Assembly: GCA_963722075.1 (NCBI GenBank)
Contig: CAVRJM010000001.1
Coordinates: 768,001 to 832,000 of the forward strand
Length of the DNA: 64,000 nucleotides
Direction of reading: 5' to 3'
Origin: Candidatus Babeliales bacterium
GTDB taxonomy: Bacteria; Babelota; Babeliae; Babelales; JANWKD01
Position numbers and translations under genes: made by a program
The notes under the pieces: generated by a model
What the model was told of the DNA's origin: nothing
What the model saw: the letters and a program-made list of their open reading frames with translations, nothing else
Databases searched by the model: none
Shown: positions 55,014 to 64,000 of the stretch, in pieces
How the letters are laid out: each line of letters starts with the position of its first letter
How positions within the stretch are numbered: position 1 is the stretch's first letter

Positions 55014-56331
55014 CTTTTTAAAAAAGCGTACAGATTTTTAAATATAAAATAATCAATTGCTTCTTTAACTGTCTGCGCGCCATATTTTTTCTCTAACAAA
55101 TCTCGGTGCTTTAAAAACTCATTCACGATAGTAGGGCATGGCGTTTTTGGCCATTGTACTTTAGGTGGCTGCCCATGGGATTCCACCATATTTGAGACAA
55201 GATGCTCGCCAACTTTTTGTAGATCTTTAGCTGCTTTATTTATTTTTGCTATTTCTTGTTTACAATAATTAACAACATCTGTTTTCCCAGCTTTTTGCGC
55301 AGCTTTTGCTAACTTAGCAAATTCATCGGATGTTTTTCTTAGATGATCATATTTATTGGCGACTGTTTGGAAAAATTTATGATGCAGTACCATATCAATC
55401 GCACCATCAAGTAATACTTCAAGCATCTGTGGCCCCGTCAATTTAAAAAAATCGCCAAAATGCATAGAAATGCCAGCCAATGCAACGAGTGTCAATCCTT
55501 TATTAGCTATTTGAAAAAGCGGCATATTTTTGCAAGCAATACTCGCCATAAAACAAATAGCGGACATCATTTCTGGGCTATAGAGCTCGCTTAAATCAAC
55601 GCCATCGTCCAGTAACTCCTGCATCTTTTGCATGCGGAATTCAGGTTCTGTCGGTATTATTTCTTCCATGGTTAATTGCTCCCATGGCAGTCTAAAATTT
55701 CCTGCGGTTACGATGGAATTAAGTCTATTAACACCATCAATCAATAAGTGCGTATTATGTGCCAATGACTTTGCTGCAAATGAAAGGAAATGATCAGAAT
55801 ATATAAGCGCATTATTAAACTGTTCGTAAATATTTTGTGCTCTTCTATGAACTACATTACCTGCTGCTTGGGCATACTTTAAGAGCTCTCTTCCAAATTC
55901 AATATATTGCGATACAATCGTATTATCATTCTGTTGGGCATGGTTATAGGCAATTTCGCCATATAAGAATGCTGTGGCAGCCAATTCACGTGCTGCAGTT
56001 GTTTGGGCATCAGACCATTGCTCAAGCGCATCCGCACAGAAAGATTTAATAGCGCGGGTGTTTTCGTCACCATCATCAATTAATTGCTCATCAGCAGTTG
56101 ATTATAATGCAGTTCTAAATCAGCAATATGTACAATTGCACTTAAATTGGCAGATAGTGGAGATGCCTCTATCGAAAGAACAGCTGACAAGGAAGTAAGT
56201 TTTGCATGTAATTGGTTTAAAGAGTTTTCAAGTGCTTGGTTTGGATATACAAATTGGTTACATACCATTAAGAAGCTGATCATGTACCCTCTCATATTCA
56301 TATCCTTTTTGTTAATTAAAATAATATACAA
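54998..56331 (-). pseudogene. Hypothetical exported protein apparently split by one frameshift near 56100 (ORFs 56080..56331 and 54998..55984)
   Basis: Frame of the 328-aa ORF stays open upstream of its TTG to about 56102, overlapping the end of the signal-peptide ORF. Confidence 0.5.
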
Positions 56332-56681
56332 TTACTTCTAACGGTTTTTACACCCTTATGATAAAATAAGAGGGCATTAATATTGCATTTCATAATAGTT
56401 TCAAAGCATTCATAACTTAGTTCAATTGAACTTTTATTTTTAAAGAAAGTAGTAACGGTACGATGGGGATAATCAAATAAGGCGATTAATTCTGCATCAA
56501 TGGTCATAAAAGGTACCGCATCTGGAGAAACTTGTGCTGTTTTCATTAATCGATCAATAAATTGTTCTCTTTGTGCCCACCGTTTTTTTACTTTTTTTAT
56601 TTGTGATGAAGTAAGCGGTTCCATTGAATATGAAAAATTACCGTATATTATTAGAAATATAAAAATAGAAAATGATTTCAT
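56316..56681 (-). CDS. Exported WxGK-family-like protein (signal + SME) ending in CaaX CILF
   Basis: Divergent member (WAQRE..LIALFD). Confidence 0.7.
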   Translation of the reverse strand: MKSFSIFIFLIIYGNFSYSMEPLTSSQIKKVKKRWAQREQFIDRLMKTAQVSPDAVPFMTIDAELIALFDYPHRTVTTFFKNKSSIELSYECFETIMKCNINALLFYHKGVKTVRSNCILF

Positions 56682-56752
56682 TAAAATCCCCCTTTCTAAT
56701 GCTTATATAATACCCAATAATAACCATAAGACACAAGAAAACGGAAAAGCCC

Positions 56753-57196
56753 TTAATTAATAATGCATTCTGTTGCTTTGTCCTCATTTCTCACGCTAAC
56801 GTTGTATCTAATGCCTTTTGAATCAGGCAAAGATCGCATGCTTTCGTGGGTAAGAAGCGCTAATTCTTCTTGAGCGAGCGGTGAAGGAGAAATGGCTTTT
56901 AGAAAAATATCAAATTCTATCTCTCTAAAACTTGTTAATTCAGATCCAAAATAAAATATTACCTTGTTTTGAGATGCGTTAAAACATACCTCTAATTGCT
57001 CATTCTTATAATAAACTGGTAGCTTGGCTCGCTGAGCAGATTCCATACATTCCTTGGCAAGCTCCTGCTTACCATTCCAAAGTGCTAATTGATTCAAAAA
57101 AGATTTATCAATTTCTTCGGCATTCATTGAACGTAACGGTAAAAAACCCGTAAGAATCCCCAATAAGATAATAGTTTTAATATTCGTTGCTTGCAT
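56753..57196 (-). CDS. Exported WxGK-family protein (signal + SMN) ending in CaaX-like CIIN
   Basis: WNGKQ..C..FNA; likely start MQATN after AAGGA. Confidence 0.72.
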   Translation of the reverse strand: MQATNIKTIILLGILTGFLPLRSMNAEEIDKSFLNQLALWNGKQELAKECMESAQRAKLPVYYKNEQLEVCFNASQNKVIFYFGSELTSFREIEFDIFLKAISPSPLAQEELALLTHESMRSLPDSKGIRYNVSVRNEDKATECIIN

Positions 57197-57232
57197 ATAC
57201 TTTTTCCTTTCTTTTTTTAGCTTACACAAAAG

Positions 57233-57808
57233 TTAGCTAATGAGACACGTTGCTGCTGCCATTACTGCACTTCCATCATTATATAACTTTTCTTTTGGAT
57301 GAGTATCTCCATTCATTAGATTATTAATTTTAGCTGCACAATCTATTTCAAATAATGCTTGATCTACATCTAACTTTAATGATGCAATCGAATTTATAAT
57401 ATCATCTGTTTCATTTGAAATAACATTTAAGAAAGTATTAAATGGTATTTTGTGATAATCTTCTTGATTATGAAGCGAAATAACATTTTCTTCCGCATTA
57501 AAACTAGCCACTAATTCGTTTGAATTATAGGTAAATGGTTCTCCAGTAGCGCGCGCAAAATCCATACAAAGAATAGCAAGTTTAGTTTTACCATTCCATA
57601 CAATTAACTGCTTTAATAAATATGTATCATGCATTATTGGTAAATCACCCATAGCCACAGCCGTTAATGCTGACGTATCCTCATCAGCCGTAACCATCAA
57701 TGATAACATATTCTCGTCTTTTTTTTCTTCCTGCTCCATAGAAAACAAATAGGAATAATTGAATGTACCACACAACACAATAACCATTCTAATCTTTTTA
57801 GCTGCCAT
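57233..57808 (-). CDS. Exported WxGK-family protein (signal + SME) ending in CaaX CLIS
   Basis: WNGKT..C..FNA; start uncertain. Confidence 0.72.
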   Translation of the reverse strand: MAAKKIRMVIVLCGTFNYSYLFSMEQEEKKDENMLSLMVTADEDTSALTAVAMGDLPIMHDTYLLKQLIVWNGKTKLAILCMDFARATGEPFTYNSNELVASFNAEENVISLHNQEDYHKIPFNTFLNVISNETDDIINSIASLKLDVDQALFEIDCAAKINNLMNGDTHPKEKLYNDGSAVMAAATCLIS

Positions 57809-57834
57809 GCTAGTTCTTTTGCTATTCAAAGAAA

Positions 57835-58230
57835 TTAATATAAATTACAATTCCATCCGGTTCGTGCAGGCGCTTCAGATTTTTCTTCTTTTTTAGCTTC
57901 TTTCTTTCCAGAAATATCATCGAGAAATTTTAATAAAGACTCATAGCTCATTGTTTCATCACCTAAAGATGAATTTAATCTCACGCTATCTTTATCAAAA
58001 ATAGTTGTAAATTTTTCTTGTTGAAACTCAATGCGTTTACCTGTTTCAATAACCTGGTTGCGATAATCGAGAATAATATCTTGTTTACCTTTCCATGAAT
58101 CGAGTAAAAAAACTAATCGCAATGCCTCAAAATCTACTTGACTCGTACGCCCTTGCTCCTGTTCCATACCAAACATGGAAGCCACGAATAATATTCCCAA
58201 TAGATTTCCTAAAAATAATTTCTTTATCAT
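57835..58230 (-). CDS. Exported WxGK-family protein (signal + GME) ending in CNLY
   Basis: WKGKQ; AAGGAG RBS. Confidence 0.72.
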   Translation of the reverse strand: MIKKLFLGNLLGILFVASMFGMEQEQGRTSQVDFEALRLVFLLDSWKGKQDIILDYRNQVIETGKRIEFQQEKFTTIFDKDSVRLNSSLGDETMSYESLLKFLDDISGKKEAKKEEKSEAPARTGWNCNLY

Positions 58231-58245
58231 ACAAACTCCTTTGTA

Positions 58246-59340
58246 TTATTGTATATATTTAATACGCCAACCGGCTTCCATATAGTTCTTAACTTCAGTA
58301 AATTTTTCTTTAAATGCGGCATCTAATTCAGTTAATCTAAATGTTCCCTGCGCCGTTCTAATCCACGGATCAATGCCACGGAATTTATTTTTAGCGAGCA
58401 TATCATAATCAGCAGAATCAACACAGTTAATCAATTCTTTAATATGTAATGCTTTTTGTAGATTTTTTTGCAAGAGTTCATCATCTGAATTAATTAATTT
58501 TTCCCATACCATTTCATCAACTGAAAAATGAATCTCATCGCTAGTGATTAAACCAATTGCCAATGCTTGTTTTAAAACAGCTGCCATAATCTCATTGGCA
58601 ACAAAACTATTATAATTATTCCATCCATTTTCATTTTGCATAAAATAGAATGGAATTAAAGCAAATTTTCGCGCATATTCAATGTCAGTAAATATCCACG
58701 CACCTTGTTCTACAATCAAATGATCCAATATATTCTTAATATCTTCTTCAGTAAGCAACTGCTCTACCAAGGCACCTTGCAAATTATATTCTAAACGATC
58801 GGCGCATAATTCAGGCAATTTTTGCTCTAACAATATAAACCCGTCATTCTTATGTAAAATATCATTCACCTTAATATCGTGTTTTTTTAGTAACGCAGGG
58901 ATCGAAGTATTATTAATAAAATGTAAATGATTATGATCTTGATAAGAATCACCCATTTGAGAAACATTAAATAAAAAATCGCCACCATGAGAAAATACCG
59001 TATGAGAAACATCATGTAATAAACCAGCGATTTGTTCATGTAACGAGGCACCGTATTTGCGCAACAACACAAAAACGCCTATTGAATGGTCAAAACGATT
59101 GTAATCTATTTTTTTAATAGTGTAATAATTGGTACCATATTGGCGTATTTTTTTAAGCCGTTGTACATAGGAATCGTTAATCAACTCAATTAATACCGGC
59201 TCATTAATTAAAAAATCACCGTAAATAGTTTCTAGTAATAACGATGGCTTTTGTTCATGTTCGTACGAAGCTTTTATTAAAATACCCATCACAAAAAATA
59301 AACCCATTATGAATAGTATTCGTGAACTTTTTCTTATCAT
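58246..59340 (-). CDS. HD-domain phosphohydrolase (dNTP triphosphohydrolase-like) with N-terminal signal/anchor
   Basis: QRLKKIRQ, RFDHSIGV, LLHDVSH, ADRLEY; likely start MIRKSS. Confidence 0.82.
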   Translation of the reverse strand: MIRKSSRILFIMGLFFVMGILIKASYEHEQKPSLLLETIYGDFLINEPVLIELINDSYVQRLKKIRQYGTNYYTIKKIDYNRFDHSIGVFVLLRKYGASLHEQIAGLLHDVSHTVFSHGGDFLFNVSQMGDSYQDHNHLHFINNTSIPALLKKHDIKVNDILHKNDGFILLEQKLPELCADRLEYNLQGALVEQLLTEEDIKNILDHLIVEQGAWIFTDIEYARKFALIPFYFMQNENGWNNYNSFVANEIMAAVLKQALAIGLITSDEIHFSVDEMVWEKLINSDDELLQKNLQKALHIKELINCVDSADYDMLAKNKFRGIDPWIRTAQGTFRLTELDAAFKEKFTEVKNYMEAGWRIKYIQ

Positions 59341-59503
59341 AGCTGTTTCCTTTACGATAATATGATTTATTTCTATTAAAAATGAATAGTATAATAAACA
59401 AAAGCGATTCATACAAATTTCTTGTATTATTGCATAAAACTATTTTTATTATGGTATATATAAGAAATATAGTTACCATCTTTATTTTAGTAGAGAAATT
59501 ATT

Positions 59504-60157
59504 ATGAAACTATTTTTAGATACGGCAGATATTGAACAGATTAAACAGTGGGATTATTTGATCGATGGAATAACTACCAATCCTTCTCATTTAACAAAAG
59601 CAGCAAAAAACCCCACGGATCAAATTAAGAAAATAATTGCGCTTCTACCCGATAAAGATATCAGTGTAGAAATAACCAAAAAAAATCCCGCTGATGTTTA
59701 TAAGCAAGCGCACGAAATTGCAGCACTTGCTGAAAATATTGTGGTGAAAATTCCCTGTTATCGTGATTACTATCCAATTATAAACAAACTGGTCCAAGAA
59801 AAAATCAACATTAATATCACCCTTGTTTTTACCTTGGTGCAATCATTACTTATGTGCAAAATGGGCGTGCGTTACATTTCTCCTTTTGTTGGCCGTTGGG
59901 ATGATATTGATGTTGAAGGCGCTGATGTATTATATGAAATACGAGAAATGGTCGATCGCTATGGTTTTGAAACTCAGATTTTAGCCGCTTCATTGCGTCA
60001 TGTTCGCCATGTACATCAGGCTATTGAAGCAGGTGCTGATGTTGCAACGGTACCCCCAAAGGTACTAGAACAAATGTCGGAACATATTTTAACTGATAAG
60101 GGAATGGCAATTTTTGACGCGGATTGGAAAAAGTTATCTATTAACACTTTTCCGTAA
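59504..60157 (+). CDS. tal: Transaldolase / fructose-6-phosphate aldolase (small TalC/Fsa type)
   Basis: FLDTAD, GITTNPS, VVKIP, YISPFVGR, ILAASLR. Confidence 0.9.
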   Translation: MKLFLDTADIEQIKQWDYLIDGITTNPSHLTKAAKNPTDQIKKIIALLPDKDISVEITKKNPADVYKQAHEIAALAENIVVKIPCYRDYYPIINKLVQEKININITLVFTLVQSLLMCKMGVRYISPFVGRWDDIDVEGADVLYEIREMVDRYGFETQILAASLRHVRHVHQAIEAGADVATVPPKVLEQMSEHILTDKGMAIFDADWKKLSINTFP

Positions 60158-60160
60158 TCT

Positions 60161-61307
60161 ATGAATTTCAAAAAACTATCCATCGTTTTTGTGACTAATA
60201 ATTATACGCCGTACCAAGGAGGTGTTGTAAGCTCCATTAAACAGCATATACAAGCGCTGCAAGAATTAGGACATACCGTTCATCTTATTACTCTTGATTT
60301 TGTACCTAATATGCAAGATGAACCCCACGTCACTCGTCTTTTTTGTCCTATTCGATTTAACTATAAAACAAATCCCATGGCGGTCCCCTTGCTCCCTAAT
60401 TATTCCGTGCAGAAAATAATTGAACAAATCAATCCTGATATTATTCATGCCCATCATCCTTTTTTACTGGGTAGCGCGGCATTGAAAGCAGCAAAAAAAT
60501 CTACTATTCCTATTGTATTTACGTACCATACGCTCTACCATCATTACCTTCACTATATTCCGCTGCCTCAACCACTCAGTAAAACGTTAGTAGAAAAACA
60601 TGTTGCCTTTTTTTGCAAACAAGTAAATGGCATTATAGCACCCAGCAATGCGGTCAAACAATTAATACAAAAAAAATGTACAACGCCCATACAAGTAATT
60701 CCCAGCGCTATTGCACCATTATTCTTCAATAAAAAAGTTGCCTCAGGTTTAGAAAAATCCTATCAATTTATTAACAGTCAGCAGATTTACCAAAGAAAAA
60801 AATCTTTATTTTTTACTTGATGTTATTGCCCTGCTTAAATCACAACAATTTGTTTTAACATTAGTCGGCTATGGCGCAGAGTATGCTGCTTTAAAAGAAT
60901 ATGCTTATGGGGTAAAAAAACTAAATCCAAACACAGTACGTTTTATTGAACGTCCTTCCACGCATGCATTAGCACAGGCTTATCAACAAGCGGATCTGTT
61001 TCTTTTTTCTTCAACTACTGACACCCAAGGCATTGTTCTTGGTGAGGCAATGGCTTCTGGAACTCCCGTCATTGCACTGGATGGCCCCGGGCAACGCGAT
61101 ATCATTCTTGATGGTATTAATGGTTTTTTAGTTACTAATAAAGAAGAAATGGTGGAAAAAATTAACTCTATAAGCGCTAACCCCTCCTTATTTGGCCAGT
61201 TACAACACCATGCGCATATAACAGCTCAACAATTTCTACCTGAATCTATTATAAATCAGCTCTGTTGCTTCTATCAAAATACGTTAGAAAAAATACCCAT
61301 CCATTGA
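60161..61307 (+). pseudogene. GT4 glycosyltransferase with one frameshift near 60730..60757
   Basis: NYTPYQGGV, IHAHHPF and FTYHT, then in a shifted frame LLTVSRFTKEKN and TDTQGIVLGEAMASGTPV. Confidence 0.8.
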
Positions 61308-61331
61308 CAATTTGCAATTTTTACTTAAACT
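61304..61331 (+). promoter_or_regulatory. Sigma70-type promoter overlapping the upstream stop codon
   Basis: TTGACA-16 nt-TAAACT. Confidence 0.45.
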
Positions 61332-61365
61332 ATACTAATATAATCAGAAAAAAAATGAGGTATTT

Positions 61366-63126
61366 ATGTTTTTCTATAGAAAAGTAAGTTTATGCTTATT
61401 ATCAATTATGGTAATTGGTACTTCCTTCCCTATGATGGAAGGAATAAAAAGTTTTAATCCTATTCAATTATTACAAGACAATAAAACTGCTGCATTACTC
61501 ACCGGATTAGGGGTATTGGGTACTAGTATATTTGGCTATACTACGTATAAATTATGGCAACAAAATAAGCAATTAAATCATACTCTTGCGATCAATAATC
61601 AAAGAGCTCAAGCTTTTACCTTTAATTCAAACTTTGTAACCCACAGCAATGAAATGCGCCAACTAAATAGGCAACGTAATCAAGAAATTAACTACTATCA
61701 ACAATTATTACAAAACGGAAACGAAGAAAAGCGAAAGCTAATGGAAGAGATAGAACGTTTACGAATACTCCAGGCGAATCCATTAACCACATCACCTCAA
61801 CCATCTCCTAAAGCTAAGGGAAAGAAAGATAAGGGGAAAGAAAAAGTTGATGACTCAGCGGATGATGCCCTACCAATCATTGATGATGAACCAACAAGCA
61901 ATATTCCTTTTAGCCATTACATTGAACGTGAAAAAGATAAATTAGAACAAGAATTCGTAGAACTTGATGGCGATTATACCGTAAAACAAGAAAACAATAA
62001 TGCAGTTTCGAGTTCAAATAACGTAGATATGTCCGCTTCTTTAAATATAGAATCCTTACTACCCCAGAAAGCTCAAACAAATTATTTTAAAAATTATGAA
62101 TTATCGGGTACAAAAATAATAAATAATCGCATTAATACAGATAAAACAATTGCATTAATTATCATCCATGGAACATTTGTAAACTCTGATGAATATGGCA
62201 AAATAGAAGACTTTGCAATTTCGCAATCATTATTAGAATTTGCTAAAAAATTGGCCCGTGATCAAGAATGCCATGTTGCTTTTACTACATTTAATTGGTC
62301 AGGAGAGCTTAATAGTGCCCACCGTAAAGACGCCGGTTCAGTATTAGCTCAATTTATTAGAGATCATGGTAGTAAAGATCAAGATATTTGGACTATCGAA
62401 CACAGCCATGGTGCAAACGTATTATATCACACATCTGAAGAATTGAGATCATGGGGACCTATTAAATACGCCATTAATATTGCTTCGCCCTTAATTGATT
62501 GCGCAGAGTCTTCTGACCCGATAAAAACAACCCCACGAACTGTTAAAAATGCAGCTAACACGTTGAATATTGAAAATCTCATAAATATATATTCTACCGG
62601 TGACTTAACACAACTTATTGCCTCATGTCAAACCGCATTATTTAAAGGTTCTTATAGCAGTGAACGGCGTGCCCCTTTTATTATGAACACAAATCGTAAA
62701 GTGTGGAATATTCGGTTGCAAGATAATGGCCATGAACTCAATCATCTTTCTATAATAATACCTGCTATCAGGGTATTACCCAAATTATTACCGGTTATTA
62801 AAAGACAATTTGCCCATATCCATGATTTAGATGTAAATAATGATCATCAGCGGCAAGAGCCACAGGTAGTAATTAGGAATCTTATTAGATCTGAAGGCTG
62901 CACCCATGAAGAAATTATTAAAAGTTTAGAATATAGCGATGAAAGCGCACTACAATTTGAAGAAACATATAACAGAAATATTCGTGATAAAGTACAATAC
63001 ACCGTCGTCAAAGTTGTATCGGAAACCAAGGATGCCCTAGCATGTTTAACAGGAAAATTCTGCAGATTGCCATCGGTTAAAGCACTTCTTAGCTATTTCT
63101 CAGAAGAGACTCAGGTGAATAGTTGA
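61366..63126 (+). CDS. Exported protein: TM segment + coiled coil + alpha/beta-hydrolase domain
   Basis: IHGT, WSG and EHSHGAN as in 8272..9177; N-terminal module shared with 63190..63780. Confidence 0.72.
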   Translation: MFFYRKVSLCLLSIMVIGTSFPMMEGIKSFNPIQLLQDNKTAALLTGLGVLGTSIFGYTTYKLWQQNKQLNHTLAINNQRAQAFTFNSNFVTHSNEMRQLNRQRNQEINYYQQLLQNGNEEKRKLMEEIERLRILQANPLTTSPQPSPKAKGKKDKGKEKVDDSADDALPIIDDEPTSNIPFSHYIEREKDKLEQEFVELDGDYTVKQENNNAVSSSNNVDMSASLNIESLLPQKAQTNYFKNYELSGTKIINNRINTDKTIALIIIHGTFVNSDEYGKIEDFAISQSLLEFAKKLARDQECHVAFTTFNWSGELNSAHRKDAGSVLAQFIRDHGSKDQDIWTIEHSHGANVLYHTSEELRSWGPIKYAINIASPLIDCAESSDPIKTTPRTVKNAANTLNIENLINIYSTGDLTQLIASCQTALFKGSYSSERRAPFIMNTNRKVWNIRLQDNGHELNHLSIIIPAIRVLPKLLPVIKRQFAHIHDLDVNNDHQRQEPQVVIRNLIRSEGCTHEEIIKSLEYSDESALQFEETYNRNIRDKVQYTVVKVVSETKDALACLTGKFCRLPSVKALLSYFSEETQVNS

Positions 63127-63150
63127 CAAATAGTCCTTATATGATAAAAT
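63123..63150 (+). promoter_or_regulatory. Sigma70-type promoter overlapping the upstream stop codon
   Basis: TTGACA-16 nt-TAAAAT with TG extension. Confidence 0.5.
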
Positions 63151-63189
63151 AATTTATATTTGAATTATAGAAGTATATGGGGGTTATAA

Positions 63190-63780
63190 ATGAACAGTCT
63201 TTTTAAAAAATCATTAATTCTTCTGAGCCTTATTGGTGCTATCAGCAACCTTCAGGCCCATTGGTTTAGTACGATAACTGACACTATTAGAGAAAATAAG
63301 CTTGCTACCTTAATGACAGTTTCTACGGTAGTTTTTGGCATAACAGCTCTTAAATTATGGCAAAATAATAAAAAGTTAAATTGCACTTGGTTACGACAAG
63401 AAAATAATCGCTTACAGAACAATTTGCATCGAATCTCTAGTCTTAATAAAAAACAAGAATCACTTATAAAAGTGCAAGATGCCCTTATAAAAGAAAAAGA
63501 TGCCTCATTGCAAGATTATAAAATTTTTTACAATGAACAAGAAAGAATAATTAAACAGAAAAAATTAAGAATTAAAGCAGAACGAGAGAAAGTTTTTTCG
63601 ATTATTAATGATATTATGCACAATGAAGGGGATCGCCGTCGAAGATTTATTCAAGCAATGACTGGCCAAGAAGCCTCTGTTGATATTATGTCTGATGAAT
63701 TAATGCCTAATATCCCCAAATCAAAATATCATAATGTAATTGGCAGCAAACGCCTACAAAACCTTTTCAATAAACATTAA
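63190..63780 (+). CDS. Exported/membrane coiled-coil protein
   Basis: Signal, TM segment, [10 protein letters not shown] shared with the upstream gene. Confidence 0.7.
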   Translation: MNSLFKKSLILLSLIGAISNLQAHWFSTITDTIRENKLATLMTVSTVVFGITALKLWQNNKKLNCTWLRQENNRLQNNLHRISSLNKKQESLIKVQDALIKEKDASLQDYKIFYNEQERIIKQKKLRIKAEREKVFSIINDIMHNEGDRRRRFIQAMTGQEASVDIMSDELMPNIPKSKYHNVIGSKRLQNLFNKH

Positions 63781-63783
63781 TAT

Positions 63784-63806
63784 AACCCTCCTCACGGAGG
63801 GTTTTT
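63784..63806 (+). terminator. Intrinsic terminator
   Basis: AACCCTCC-TCAC-GGAGGGTT followed by Ts. Confidence 0.75.
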
Positions 63807-63832
63807 ATCCTTTTATATGGTATATTATGAGT

Positions 63833-64000
63833 ATGATGAAGAATAATAAAAATAAGATTTTTAAATTACATACGCCATTTGAACCTGCTGGTAGTCAGCC
63901 AGCAGCTATTGAGCAATTAACCAAAGGAAGGCCGGGAAAATCGACTTTAGTGGGCGTTACTGGATCGGGTAAGACCTTTACCCTAGCAAATGTAATTGCT
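63833..64000 (+). CDS. uvrB: Excinuclease ABC subunit B, 5' partial; not in ORF track
   Basis: Hand translation [38 protein letters not shown]. Confidence 0.92.
   Translation, partial: MMKNNKNKIFKLHTPFEPAGSQPAAIEQLTKGRPGKSTLVGVTGSGKTFTLANVIA

Overview
AT-rich bacterial chromosome segment. Gene content and style (many short signal-peptide orphans, ankyrin and WD40 proteins, compact core metabolism) suggest an intracellular parasite of protists, most likely Ca. Dependentiae/Babeliae (TM6). This is an inference and should be checked by classifying the 16S. Core genes: trpS, a cdaA-cdaR-glmM-like operon, SPFH/NfeD, tkt, one complete minus-strand rRNA operon (16S-tRNA-Ile-tRNA-Ala-23S-5S), gmk, prfB, a DEAD-box helicase, umuD/umuC, a heavily frameshifted leuS, ilvE, a transaldolase, a GT4 glycosyltransferase and the start of uvrB. 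The most striking signal is a candidate effector repertoire built to use eukaryotic machinery. (i) About 20 mostly unrelated proteins share a signal peptide followed directly by Met, usually x-Met-[Glu/Gln/Asp/Asn]. (ii) Six exported proteins, five from one unannotated W-x-G-K family, end in CaaX-like prenylation boxes. (iii) Four proteins combine Skp1/BTB-like, WD40 and NLS-like regions. (iv) One protein has a Josephin-like cysteine protease domain. Also seen: two probable pseudoenzymes (CdaA-like without DGA/RHR, VanX-like without catalytic Arg/Ser/Glu), five tandem tiny basic peptides (three missed by the ORF track), a family of REP/RPE-like palindromes including a nested copy, and a structured leader on the DEAD-box gene. 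Several frameshifts, mostly in homopolymer runs, are probably sequencing errors.
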